DNA of 64,000 nucleotides from the NCBI GenBank assembly GCA_963693365.1, contig CAVNZM010000017.1, forward strand, positions 186,001 through 250,000, in the 5' to 3' direction. The stretch comes from Amoebidium appalachense (Eukaryota; Protista; Ichthyosporea). Under the pieces are notes generated by a model that saw only the letters and a list, made by a program, of their open reading frames with translations, ran no database searches and had not been told where the DNA came from. Position 1 is the first letter of the stretch, and each line of letters opens with the position of its first letter. Shown one piece after another: positions 27,110 to 40,623 of the stretch. A program made the translations under genes and the position numbers.

Positions 27110-27773
27110 TCTCTCTCTGGACTCCATTGCACCTCGACACAACAGGCCACATTCACGAAGGTGTGTATATCCCCCCCCCCCCCCTTTAACCGGAGAACCA
27201 TTCTGGTTTGCATGGGTACAAGTGGCTTGGCATGTGGGGGTGGTTGTTGGTTTCGTTTGTTTTTGTGCATATATTCATTTTCGGCTAACAGCCTATAGAA
27301 CCCACACGCCGGTGTGTGTGTGTAAAAATGTTCATATGAATGTCGTGTGTTTGTGCGTGCATGTTCTTGTGTGCCCAGTGTTCGTTGTTTTGTCGTGCTG
27401 AGGATAGGGCACCATGCTCCCTCCGGGAATGTGCTTTGCGGATGCTCCAACCTCTTTGTACACATTGTTGTTTGTCCATGACTGTTTGCCACAAACTCAC
27501 ATATACCCTCCCCCCTCCCCCCAAAACACACACGCACACACACGAGAAACCCCCCTTCCCCCCCCCCCCCCCTGTGATGAGTACTTTAACCCCCCCCCCC
27601 CCCTCTTACCCCCTCTTGCCTACCATATATGGCATAATCTCACACCCATCCCCCCTGCAGCGTACGGCATGTGCACCGATGGGACCACGACCTATATCAA
27701 TGCCTCCACATGCACCATGCAGTATGGCCCTACTAACCCCGCAGTCATCGTAGACCTGCCTGTCAAGAAGTGA
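21844..27773 (+). CDS. Metallophosphoesterase, MPPED1/MPPED2 (239AB/239FB)-like, 8 exons
   Basis: Exons 21844-22209, 23428-23511, 24033-24140, 25445-25501, 25810-25852, 26424-26531, 27146-27160 and 27661-27773 splice in phase. Motifs ISDTHG, HAGDFT, IAGNHD, YLEDS, GSPWQP, WAFN, ITHGPP, VGC, FGHIHE and YINAS. The start could instead be the ATG at 21889. Confidence 0.92.
22392..22662. repeat. Three tandem ~75-bp units separated by G runs (intronic)
   Basis: GTGCTTGTGCACTTATATATGTACATGCTCTGTGCACCTGCAGCATCGGTGCTAGAAAAA occurs three times with poly-G linkers. Confidence 0.9.
24260..25150 (+). mobile_element. Family A non-coding element, longest copy (~890 bp) with ~98-bp terminal direct repeats
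   Basis: 24260-24357 is repeated at 25052-25150 (one 1-nt indel seen), giving a period of 792 bp. No recognisable ORF, many hairpins, and the 3' end is followed by poly-C. Lies in intron 3 of the metallophosphoesterase gene. Confidence 0.78.
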
Positions 27774-27779
27774 GGGTGG

Positions 27780-27826
<47 letters not shown>

Positions 27827-28333
27827 AGATGGGTAATACTGAGCTCTATTATATGCTAAAGTGAGAGTGATTCAGTGGAGGTGTGTCGGGGTATAAGGTG
27901 CAGGGCAGGGGCTTGTAGAAATCGTCTGTAAGGGTTTTAATAGACGGGTTATTCCGGATGGGGTCGTCCCCCGGTGTTTTTCTGAATGATTTATTCCGAT
28001 TGTTACGGTTATCAATTCCAGGTGGTTCTATGTAGTGTGTCCTTGTATTTTTGTGTTGCGCTTTTCTGAATGATATTTGCATTTGTTCTTGTGGAGTGTG
28101 TTATTATTCTCTCATGCTTCAAGTAGCAAGCGAGACATGTACATACATGTGGGCGAACTTGCCAAGACAGAGCCTGCCTAGACATACAATAGCCGTACGC
28201 GTCATGTTGAGGTTGATGGTTGTGCCCGTGCAACTGTGCACGTGTATGTGCTGTGTCTGATGGAAATAAACATGACACCTGTGGATTTCTTTGTTGGCCC
28301 CAATTGACCTCCTTCTCCTTCCAGGCCTTGCCC

Positions 28334-28364
<31 letters not shown>

Positions 28365-29106
28365 AAAAAGAAAAAAAGAAAAAAAAAGAAAGTGCGCACA
28401 TATACACGTACACAGTGTCACACGGCACAAAATGAATCGCCTTCTAAAAAATCCTCATTTTGATCAGCTGTATGTAAGCTTAGCGCCCCCCCCCCCCCCC
28501 CCCCTCCCTCCCCAAGCCCCACAAATCCCCATGGCCCCAACAAAAAAAAAAAAGAAAGAAAGAAGACGCCACCTACTGTTGACCAACACCGAAATTCGAA
28601 CCCTGTGCCGATTTCACGAATAGCCATATATGGGCATTGTGATTTGTGCCTATTGGTTGCTATCCTTTGCTTATCTCCATCCATCGTCATCACCGGGAAC
28701 TCGCTTGCTAATCTTAAAGCAACCACTGCTACTTCCATTTTTGCAGCTGGGCGGTGAGGCACACAGGTGACGTCATTCTGTGCACAAATTCCATGACCCC
28801 GTGTCGCCCTAAAAAGGGCGCGAAAGGCGGAAACGTATGTCGACATCGGTGTTTGACACAATTTGATTGAGTCTCTTGATTGGTGAGACGCATTCGAGAA
28901 ATGTGGCTCTCGGCCAGGTGACCGCCCACACGCTAAAATGGGAGAAGCGGTGGTTGGTTTAAGTGCCCCACCACCGTACAACTCAGTTGTTTCAAGCCTT
29001 ACGACGCCGGAAGGCAGATCTCGGAGGGTATACGTATACAGAGAGTTCGTTCTTTTTGCTGCGTGTGTTATACAACATAGCTAGCTCAAACCAGCACGAG
29101 GCCACC

Positions 29107-29390
29107 ATGTTCAAGTGGTTGCCAACCACCCCCACCACGGCCCCGCCCGCAGAGGGAATGGGAGAGCAGACAGACACCAAGCAACCATACACCACTAGTG
29201 AAAACGTAGCGGCAAGCCTTGCTCCAGTTAGCGCTTGGTTCTCATCTGTATCACAAAACGCTACAAAAATCATAGCGGAGGTGAAAAATAAGGTGGAGAC
29301 AGCAGCGGTGACGGGGGAGAAGGAGGGAGAGACGGTCACACCACAACAGAAAGCGGCTGCACTTGGCCAATGTGAGTGCTGTGTGTGTGT

Positions 29391-29421
<31 letters not shown>

Positions 29422-30228
29422 GGGGGGGGGGAGGGGGAGGGGGTTGGGTGGGTGGGGGGGGGGGGGGGGGGGGGGGGGGGGGAAAGGGGGGTAGGGGGGA
29501 GGGGGAGGGGAGCGGAGGGAGAGGGGGGAGGGTGGGGTGAGAAAAATCAGATTACTGTGTGGTGAAGTGATAGGGGGCGGGAGGCCTGGAGGCGGGGAGG
29601 AAGGAGCATGTAGAACATATTCGAGCGTGGGCTATGGTTAAAGGGGAAAGCTGAAGACACAGTCAGATATTTGCTTCAATGTTTGTGCTTGGCTTTTTGC
29701 TGTTCATGTATTAGCTCGTTGTCCCCCCTGGCCTACTGGCTGAAAGGATCCATCGTAGATCTGATAATGGATCTTGAAGTTCGACAGTGTGTGCACATGT
29801 CCACACCTACACACCCCACGATACACACAAATAGAGATGCCAACAGATAAACACACAAGGTTTGCCTCTCTCTCATCTCTTTGCTGCTGCCGTGTGAAAA
29901 CACACATACAGCACAACACACGACCACACACAGCTACCCTCACACCACAACCTACTACACAAACACACAAGACATCTACTAACAATACAGACGAACAGGT
30001 GCATCACACACACACTTACACACATACCACACACGAACACAAACACAAACGTACATGCACACACGTATAGTGACACATCCACACCGACACATACACGCAT
30101 ATGTCACACGCACATGTACACAAAGCCTCAGTCAAAAGCATACATCACCCACCCGCCCACCCACAAACACACACTCACACCACAACCTAGAACACACAAA
30201 ACAGATACAAGCACACTCAAGACACACA

Positions 30229-30263
<35 letters not shown>

Positions 30264-30647
30264 TCACTCACAACCCCCCCCCCCACCTCCCCCGGTACAC
30301 ACACACATCGCACTATCTACATCACATACTCCCCATTTCTCTAACACCACACCCACCCAGCGCTTGTCACGGGCCTATCGGGCATAGCAACGACACTGAA
30401 AACAAAAGTCGAGAAGGAACTAGATGACTGGGAGGCAGAGAGGAAAAGGGTCCAGCAGCAAAGGGGTGTAAACGGTACGTTGAGTGGTTTTTTTTTTTTT
30501 TTTTTTGTGTGTGTTGGGGGGGGTTGGGGGGGAGGGTGGGGGGGTTGTAGTGGTTAGAGGGTGAGGAGGGAGGTGAGGGCTGTTTGTTTTTTTTGTTTTT
30601 TTTGGGGGGGGGGGACGGGGGGGTAGAGGGCAGGTGGTGTTGGTGGT

Positions 30648-30682
<35 letters not shown>

Positions 30683-31050
30683 GGGGGGGTAGTTGTTGTG
30701 GGGTAGATGGCGGGTAGTGGGGGGGGGGGGGGGGTTTGTGGAGCAGAGGGCGTTTGGGGGGTCAGGGGTCTGGTATGTGGGGGCTGAGGGTTGAGGGTGA
30801 TGTGTGTGCGTGTGTGTGATATGTTTGTGAATTTGGGTAGCTTATGGATAGTAATGTGCGGGGCAGTTTTGGGGTATGAGATCTGGGGGTGGGATAGGGG
30901 ATGTTGCGGTGAGGGTAGGGTGCGGGGTGGTTGGGTGGGGGGGGGGGGAGTGAGGGTTGGTGGGTGTTTTTTTGTTTTTTTTTCCCGGGCCGGGGAGGGG
31001 GGTAAGAGGAGATCTCTCAACGGAAGTGACAGGGTTTCGGGCGGTTAAGG

Positions 31051-31082
<32 letters not shown>

Positions 31083-31218
31083 TCTGTGTCAACCATAATG
31101 TGGTTGGGTCTGTGTGTGGGCCTCTCACTCCTTTTCGCCATTGGATGTTTTTTCCTTTTTCGTTTTGCTTTATTTACCCGTGAAAGGAGGGGTGGGCCAG
31201 GGGCGGGGCGGGGCGTGT

Positions 31219-31250
<32 letters not shown>

Positions 31251-31498
31251 TGGAGGGGGGGGGGGGGGGGGAAGGGGGTGTGGTGGTGGTGGTGGTGGTT
31301 TTCGGGGGGATGGGGGGGGGGAGGGAGAGTAAGGTGGTGTAAGAAGTAGATCGGGGGTTTTGTGGTATCGCCTTAACACTCTCCCCCCTCGGGACACACA
31401 CACATTCACACACACACGCACGCAAATTAGCGCACTCACACACACGTATAGAGACTTACACAAACGTACATACACACGCGCGCCCGCCCGCTCCCGCG

Positions 31499-31553
<55 letters not shown>

Positions 31554-31624
31554 ACACGCACACCCACAAAAACACACATTCAAACACGCACCTGGCAGGC
31601 ACGTACACATACACACACGCGCGA

Positions 31625-31664
<40 letters not shown>

Positions 31665-31902
31665 TCACACACACACACAGACCAAGGCTCACCTGCCTGG
31701 GATGGTATTGATGATGGTGGTCAAATCAAGGCACAAATCCTCGCCCTATCTTCAGTATGTGCCTACCCTCCCCCTAATCCGCCCCGTTTTGTTGTTGTCC
31801 TTTGGTGCCTCCTCCATATTTCCACTCCTTTAACACATACATCCCCCCCCCCCCCCCCCCCCCCCCTCTCCTCCATATTTCCAACCCTCTAACGCATTCA
31901 TC

Positions 31903-31942
<40 letters not shown>

Positions 31943-32755
31943 TCACCCCCTTCCGGCCCTTACCACCCATTCTTCCCTTTCCAGCCCTCTTTACTTATCC
32001 TAACCACCTCCTTTTCTCTCATCTTTTCATCTGCAGATCTGTTTTTACCAGAATTGTCTGTAAATCTTTAACAAGAGTCAAGTCATTTGATCGTGCGTAG
32101 TCCGGTCTTCTGCCTCCCCATCTTTCACCACCCACACCTCTTTGCCGTTCACTTAATCTCTTTTCTACCTAAAACACAACCCTATGCCTCCTTACCACCA
32201 TTGTTTTTGTGTGCCTGTTGTTTATGTGCGCCCCATTGTCTTTCGCCATGAAACGTTCCATTTCGTTGATTGTGTAACAGCCCCCCCCCTCCCCCCCCTT
32301 GCCCCCCTCCTCCCCGGTGAATAGGTTAACCCCGCGTACCGTGGATGACTTTGGCTCCCTTGAGGATGGGCTTTGCATATGTTGCATCTTCTTTGTGTGT
32401 TCCTTGTATGATTTACATAACTTTGTCCAATGTGGCTGTTTACGTTGTGCTCTTTGACACACTTACCCCCCCCCCTCCCCCCTCCCCCTCTCCCCCCCTC
32501 CCCCCCCCCCCCCCCCCCCCCCCTCCACCGCCCCCGCCCGCCCCCCCTCCCCTGCGCCCTCACCGAATTTGGGCCCCCTCCGAAAATGTGTCTTGTTTAT
32601 GTTGCATGCTTGAAAATTTGCCTTTGCCTGTGTCCGGGCACCGTGGTTCACATCGTGTAGTTGTACTTCTTACCGAGCTCTGCATTCTAACCAATCCCCC
32701 TTCCCCCCTCTTTTCTTCCCCCCCCACCTGCTCCCCCCCCCTTCTCCCTCCCCCC

Positions 32756-32786
<31 letters not shown>

Positions 32787-33034
32787 CTGCCCCCTCCCCT
32801 CCTCCCCTCCCCCTTCCTCCCCCAAATATTAATGCCCCCCCCCCCTGCAGGACAAGCGTAACTTCCTCATGGCACCACCACCAGGCACGCAGTTTGTGTT
32901 TTCGTTTGGAGACTTTGTCGGTACAGCCATGGCTACGATGAGAGAGGATCAAGCCCTCAGGGATATGAGGTTCAACCTGGTGCCTAAAGTGTACGTGTGT
33001 GGGTGTGTGTGTACGTGTGTGTGTGTGTATGTGG

Positions 33035-33071
<37 letters not shown>

Positions 33072-33072
33072 T

Positions 33073-33123
<51 letters not shown>

Positions 33124-33166
33124 TGTGTACGCGTGTATGTGGGTGTGGGTGTGTGTGTGTGTGTAT

Positions 33167-33254
<88 letters not shown>

Positions 33255-33598
33255 CGCACGTGGATGGGTGTGCATTTGGGGGGTTGGGGTGTGTCGGTCT
33301 GTGTGTGTGGGGGCGGGAGGGGGGAGGGGGGGGGGGGGGATGGGTGGGTGGGGGCTGGGGTGCGGGGGGGTAAATGGGTGTGTTTGTACGGGTGTGTGTT
33401 TACGGGGGTGTGTGTGTGCGTGTGTGTGCATGAGTACGTCCATATGTTTACTTACCTGGACTTTTCGTTGTAACTCGTGATGTTATGTCGGGTGTGCATG
33501 TGTAATTGTGTTCGTATATTTTCTTAGATGTGCACGTGGGGTGCTTGGACGTGCGCTGTGTGTTGGCACACACGCCTACGTGTGCATATGGGGTGGGA

Positions 33599-33640
<42 letters not shown>

Positions 33641-34012
33641 CCTGAGTGGATGATGGCAGTGTGGTAGACAGATGGTTATGGAGAAGAACGAGATAGCATT
33701 GGGTGCATGGGATTGTTGTAGTGTCGGTGGCCGTGTACGTGTGGGCCTGCCGGTGGTGTATGGTGTGGTCTTTGGGTGTGGAGTGTGATGGGGAGGGGAA
33801 AGGACTGTAGTATGCATGTCTACCCCCCACCCACACACACACACATATCTTTTTTTGTGGTCGGTTGCTTTGGTTACCTGCCCGCTACATGCACACATGC
33901 AACGTGCACACACGACAAACAACACACCTACCAACACACACATACACACATACACACACTCTTTCTCACACACACATTCACACAGGCACAGGCAAAGGCA
34001 CACACACACACA

Positions 34013-34096
<84 letters not shown>

Positions 34097-34403
34097 CCCT
34101 CCTCCCCCCCCCCCCACCCACCCACCCAGTGTTAACGAGGACACCTTTTGGCGTAACTACTTCTACCGTGTGTCTCTGATCAAACAGCAATCCCACCTTG
34201 CCTCTCTGCTGGATGCCCCACCCCACCAAGAGCAAGCAACTAGCCCCCAGGAAGAGGACACCACTGTTGCACCACCAAAACCGGTACATACCGCCAGTGT
34301 TCTTCAACAGTGTCTCTTCTTAGTCGATGCGTTTTTACACTTTGCACTTGTCTTCGTTGAATATCTTTTTGTTGGCTATTATGTAGGTTACCCTACCTCT
34401 CAA

Positions 34404-34453
<50 letters not shown>

Positions 34454-34827
34454 TTCCCTCCGTGTCGTTCATCTGTAAGCACGTACGCATTTTTCGCTGC
34501 ATGCTGCATTAGTTTGCACACACATCTTCACCGCTTTGCTCACCTTGCTTGCATAAGCAACCCTGCTCGTCTTTGATCAAGACGGGTTGACCCACCCAAG
34601 TTCAGTTGATGCTGCTGTCCGAGTTGGAGAGCCGTATATTCGCGGGCTCAGGGGCCGAAACTCAGACGCAATTGATGACTTGGGCCCTCCCTGAGGATGG
34701 GCTCTGCTTATGACGCATACTGTGCGCATGGCTGATGTTGCATACTTGAATGTTTGCCTTTGCATGTGTCCTGCACCATGCTTCTCATCGTGTATGCGTA
34801 CTTCGTACCGTGTTCCGCATTCAACCC

Positions 34828-34858
<31 letters not shown>

Positions 34859-37800
34859 ACATCCCCTCGGTCTTCCCCGCTTCCTTCCCCGCTGTCTCCA
34901 CTTTTTGATTGCCATTATCCCCCCCCCCCCCCCCCCTCCCCCTCCCCCCCCCCCCCCCCCCTCGCCCCTCCGCGCCCGCCCGCCCACACCACCCTGCCTA
35001 AACATCTGATGCATGTACCCCATTCAAAAAAGAAAAGCAAAAACGAAAAGCAGGAAAGGAAGAACACAGAGGAAGAAAGAGGGTTCGTTCTAATGCAACC
35101 TTCAGTTTTTTTGTTTTCTTGGTGGGGTTGGTATGTGGAGACGATCTAAGGGGCCGTTGCAGAAGAAACTGGGCACTGGGGACGAGGCGGACAGCAGCGA
35201 GTTTGCAAGCGAAGACGTCACCTCGGGTACGATTATTAAAATTATATGAATGTGTTTTAAATTTTATTGAAAATTCCGCTCTATTTTTCTCCCTGCCGTT
35301 TTTCTTCTTCCTCTTTTCCCCCTCCTTTTTCTTCTTTTGCTCTTCATCTTTTTTCTTGCTGTTTTTGTGATATTGGTGGCCGGGAGGGAGTGGGAAAGGT
35401 GGGCAGGTGATTTTTTTGTGCCGAGGGACTGGGGGGGCCCTTAGAAGGGGAGAGGGGGTGGGGGGTGGGGTGTGTGTGTGTGGGGGGGGGGGGGGGGGGG
35501 GGGTCGTGTGTGTGTGTGTGTGTGGGGGGGGGGTCGTGTGTGTGTGTGGGGGGGGGGGGGGGGTCGTGCGTGTGTGTGTGGGGGGGGGGGGGGGGGTGTC
35601 TTATTTTTTTTTTTTTTTTTTTTTTTGGGGGGGGGGGGGTCCACGCATGGGGTATTGCCTGTGATATTTGTGTATCCTTGTGGGAAGTCTGCATGTGTCT
35701 TTTTCTATGTGCGAATGTGTGTATAATCTACATGTACACTCATTTTTGTCATCTTCCCTTTGTGTGGACTGCAAATGTGTGTGCATGTCTCCCTCTGTGT
35801 GCGTAACCTGAGTTTAACCGCATTTCCAGATTTTCCTGACTCTCTGCTCGACCCCCTTCAAAGCCTTTACAACCATTATGCAATGCCCGTGAATACTTGT
35901 CTTCTTCCCCTTTCCCTTGTATTGTGTATGACCTATCCTCTTTCCCCCCCCCCCCCTCCCCCCCCCCCCCCCCCCCCTTCTTCCCCCCTCCCCCCCCCTC
36001 CCCCCCCCCCCCCCCTTTTCTCTCACCACCGTTCCCACACCTTCGCTCTCCTGACTTCTCACCCCTTCTTCCTCCCAGCCACCACTTCGAGCCCAGCCCC
36101 CCCAGCAGCCACAAGCACACCAAAGCAACAGCAACCACAAGCACCAAGTGCAGCAAAGAAGGGTGCGGGCACGCAGAGACATGCACGTGCATGCACACAC
36201 ACACGTGCACGTGCATGCACATATACAAACATGCACACAGATGCACGTGCATGCACACACACAAACATGCACACAGATGCACGTGCATGCACACACACAA
36301 ACATGCACACAGATGCACGTGCGTGCACACACACAAACATGCACACAGATGCACGTGCATGCACACACACAAACATGCACACAGATGCACGTGCATGCAC
36401 ACACACAAACATGCATGCACACACACAAACATGCACACAGATGCACATGCATGCAGACACACAAACATGCATGCACACACAAACATGCACACAGATGCAC
36501 GTGCATGCATACACACAAACATGCACAGATGCACGTGCATGCACACACACAAACATGCACACAGATGCACGTGCATGCACACACACAAACATGCACACAG
36601 ATGCACGTGCGTGCACACACACAAACATGCACACAGATGCACGTGCGTGCACACACACAAACATGCATGCACACACACAAACATGCACACAGATGCACGT
36701 GCATGCACACATGCACACAAACATGCATGCACACACACAAACATGCACACAGATGCACATGCATGCACACACACAAACATGCATGCACACACACAAACCT
36801 GCACACAGATGCACGTGCGTGCACACACACAAACATGCACACAGATGCACGTGCGTGCACACACACAACCATGCAAACAGATGCACGTGCACTGCATGCA
36901 CACACACAAACATGCACACAGATGCACGTGCATGCACACACACAAACATGCACACAGATGCACGTGCAGGCACACACACAAACATGCATGCACACACACA
37001 AACATGCACACAGATGCACGTGCATGCACACACACAAACATGCATGCACACACACAAATATGCACACAGATGCACGTGCATGCACACACACAAACATGCA
37101 TGCACACACACAAACATGCACACAGATGCACGTGCGTGCGCACACACAAACATGCACACAGATGCACGTGCATGCAAACACAAACATGCATGCACACACA
37201 CAAACATGCACACAGATGCACGTGCATGCACACACACAAACATGCATGCACACACACAAACATGCACACAGATGCACGTGCATGCACACATACAAACATG
37301 CACACAGATGCACGTGCATGCACACACAAACATGCATGCACACACACAAACATGCACACAGATGCACGTGCATGCACACACACAAACATGCATGCACACA
37401 CACAAACATGCACACAGATGCACGTGCATGCACACATACAAACATGCACACAGATGCACGTGCATGCACACACAAACATGCATGCACACACACAAACATG
37501 CACACAGATGCACGTGCATGCACACACACAAACATGCAAGCACACACACAAACATGCACACAGATGCACATGCATGCACACACACAAACATGCATGCACA
37601 CACACAAACATGCACACAGATGCACGTGCGTGCACACACACAAACATGCACACAGATGCACGTGCGTGCACACACAAACATGCACACAGATGCACGTGCG
37701 TGCACACACAAACATGCACACAGATGCACGTGTATGCACACACACAAACATGCATGCACACACACAAACATGCACACAGATGCACGTGCATGCACACACA

Positions 37801-39092
37801 CAAACATGCATGCACACACACAAACATGCACACAGATGCACGTGCGTGCGCACACACAAACATGCACACAGATGCACGTGCATGCACACACACAATCATG
37901 CACACAGATGCACGTGCACTGCATGCACACACACAAACATGCACACAGATGCACGTGCATGCACACACACAAACATGCACACAGATGCACGTGCAGGCAC
38001 ACACACAAACATGCACACAGATGCACGTGCATGCACACACACAAACATGCATGCACACACACAAACATGCACACAGATGCACGTGCATGCACACACACAA
38101 AGATGCATGCACACACACAAACATGCACACAGATGCACGTGCATGCACACATACAAACATGCACACAGATGCACGTGCATGCACACACACAAACATGCAT
38201 GCACACACACAAACATGCACACAGATGCACGTACACACACAAACATGCACACAGATGCACGTGCATGCACACACACAAACATGCACACAGATGCACGTGC
38301 ATGCAGACAAACACACACACATGCACGTGCATGCACACGACTGAAACAGTCAGTGCACCACCGTTGAACCAAATGCGCTCACGTTCTATCATATGGCATA
38401 AGGAGCATGCTGTGTGCATGATTTCTGTTAGGGGCAGTATGTGGTGCCTTTGACCGAATTTGGAGGTGATTTGTGCTTATTTACAATATGTCGAAGTTGT
38501 ATGTGTGGATGCCCTATTTAAAAGCAGTGTGTGGTCGCTTACCACCTTTGCAAGTGGCATGGTTACTTGCCATATTTGGGAGTGGTGTGTTGTTCCTAAC
38601 CATATATGGAAGTGTTGTGTGGTTTCCATATTCGGAAGTGGTGTGTGGTTACCATATCGGGAGTTTTTATGTGGTTACTTACCATATACGGAGGTAGCCT
38701 GTGTCTGCCTACTACATGGGAAGGGGTTATTGATCACCTGCCATATCTGGAAGTGGTGCTAAGGCGCTTACCATATTGCGAAATGTTATGTTCGGCCACT
38801 GACCATATATGGTAGGTGGGGGCCTGTCAGACGATGATCCCGATTTGGACGATCTGGAGGAGGAACTGCAAGACATGGACGTGGCAAGTGCAGGTGAGGG
38901 GAAGAGGAAGGGAAGGGGTGTGTGTGTGGGGGGGGGGGGGGGGGGGGGGGGGTAGGCTGGGAGAGCGGCGAGGGCACATGGAGCTGTGTGGGGGTGTACG
39001 TGTTTGGTTGGGGTGGGTGTGGTATGCACGGGTGTGGGATTGCGGGCTCTGAACGGATGTTTGTGTGTGTGTGTTTGTGTGTGTGTGGGTGT

Positions 39093-39135
<43 letters not shown>

Positions 39136-39259
39136 ACTCTCGTGGTTCTTGTGGGTTTGTGTGTTTGTGGGAGAGAGGAGAGAAGAGAAGGAGATATGAG
39201 AGGAACTCCACTGCAGACCCACCCTCTATGGAGGTGGCGATGTGTGGGTGTGTGTGTGT

Positions 39260-39304
<45 letters not shown>

Positions 39305-39528
39305 GTGTCTAGGTATGCTGGGGGATATTTATGCGAGGAAGGGCTGTAGGTGCGGGGCAAAGTGAATGCCATGCACCCATACACCTCTGCATGCACACAC
39401 AGCATATGCCTCCCCTCACCTCCCTCCCCTTCTGAAGAAACTGGTCGCACACGTATGACACGTGCACTTTATTACCCCCACACAGGTGCATACACATGCA
39501 AACACGTGCACATACACACACACACACA

Positions 39529-39560
<32 letters not shown>

Positions 39561-39561
39561 T

Positions 39562-39592
<31 letters not shown>

Positions 39593-39739
39593 TACATACT
39601 CATACACACACACACACACACACATACATACACATACTCACACACACACACACATACATACACATACACACACACACACCCTGACCTCTGTTTTGCCGCA
39701 GATATGGATGAGCTCGAAGCAGACCTGGACGACCTGTGA
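29107..39739 (+). CDS. SYAP1: BSD-domain protein, synapse-associated protein 1 (SYAP1/SAP47)-like, 9 exons
   Basis: Exons 29107-29371, 30361-30474, 31681-31754, 32851-32990, 34130-34283, 35163-35226, 36079-36162, 38816-38893 and 39702-39739 splice in phase. Signature [59 protein letters not shown] and an acidic C-terminus. Exons 6-8 are less certain. Confidence 0.88.
32319..32466 (+). mobile_element. Family A repeat, diverged 3' fragment
   Basis: GAATAGGT..GTACCGTGGATGACTTTGGCTCCCTTGAGGATGGGCTTTGC...TTTGACACACTTAC + poly-C aligns to ~25001-25150. Confidence 0.7.
34543..34825 (+). mobile_element. Family A repeat, ~280-bp 3' fragment (second subfamily)
   Basis: GCATAAGCAACCCTGCTCGTCT.TGATCAAGACGGG..CGAAACTC..GATGAC.TGGGCCC..CCTGAGGATGGGCTCTGCTTAT..GCATTCAAC + poly-C matches ~24902-25150. 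Confidence 0.78.
36170..38337. repeat. ~2.2-kb minisatellite (36-bp unit with interspersed 18-bp subunits) in a SYAP1-like intron
   Basis: Unit GCACACACACAAACATGCACACAGATGCACGTGCAT repeated many times. It has no stops, which explains the 700-900 aa ORFs in all six frames. Confidence 0.95.
38455..38812. repeat. Degenerate ~28-bp tandem repeat
   Basis: Recurring CTTACCATAT(T/A/C)NGGAAGTGGTGTGTGGT-like units immediately upstream of exon 38816. Confidence 0.7.
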
Positions 39740-40304
39740 CGTCATGATGATGTCATCACTATGGGGTTTGTTGCAAACGGTTACAGTGTGTGGGTGTCCA
39801 AAGGGCTAGCATGCTTGCTAGGGGGGGGGGAGGGGGCAACTTACCTGCCTGTGTGCACGTGAAACCAAACAAGGCATGCATTTTATAGTATCTAAGGACA
39901 GGATGTAGTATTCCGCTGTCGTAAAACCTGTGTATTATCTTCCAGCATATTGTGTCGTAAATAAGTACACTTTTGTATATACTTTGGCTGGACATGACAC
40001 TCCAGGATCATGAATACTTCACATCTCCAAATTTAACATGCATACTATTGGTGCATAAAATTTGATTGCACGTTTTGATTGGCTGCTGTGCAGCCACCAC
40101 CCTTGAATGAAATCCACCGCTTCTGTGGATTTACCCAACCTTGAGAAATCCATGGGACAACATCGTCAGAAACATAGCTACGATGCGCAAGTTACTCCTC
40201 TTGTTTTGTGTCGCCAAGTTGAGTAGCGGCGACGACGGGCACGCTGGCAGGCAGCAGGCTGAGCTAGGGCGGAAGCAGCAGGGAAGGCGGGGTGGGTGGG
40301 TGGG

Positions 40305-40342
<38 letters not shown>

Positions 40343-40529
40343 GGATGGGGCCGGCCGGGTGTGGATGAAGATTTATTGTGCGACAGTCTTGTCCACCCAA
40401 TCATCCGCCGCCATCACGTTTTTTTTTTTTTTGTTTTTTTTTGTGTGTGTGTGGGGGGGGGGGGGGGGGGGGGGGGGGGCCGTGGGGATGACTCATGATG
40501 AGGAGCAGGCACGGGGAAATGAGGGGGCC

Positions 40530-40545
40530 AAAAAAAAAAAAAAAA
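40530..40545 (-). terminator. Pol III oligo-T terminator of the tRNA-Pro
   Basis: T run on the minus strand beginning about 6 nt after the tRNA 3' end. Confidence 0.8.
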
Positions 40546-40551
40546 GTAGCA

Positions 40552-40623
40552 GGGGAGTTCCGGGAATTGAACCCGGGACCTCTCGTACCCTAAACGAGAA
40601 TCATACCACTAGACCAAACTCCC
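40552..40623 (-). tRNA. tRNA-Pro (AGG)
   Basis: Reverse complement GGGAGTTTGGTCTAGTGGTATGATTCTCGTTTAGGGTACGAGAGGTCCCGGGTTCAATTCCCGGAACTCCCC: acceptor stem GGGAGTT/AACTCCC, D arm, anticodon arm CTCGT-TTAGGGT-ACGAG and T loop TTCAATT. Confidence 0.97.

Noticed and set aside
35749-38453. Long ORFs of about 700-900 aa on both strands
   Set aside because: They are translations of a stop-free minisatellite inside an intron, not proteins.
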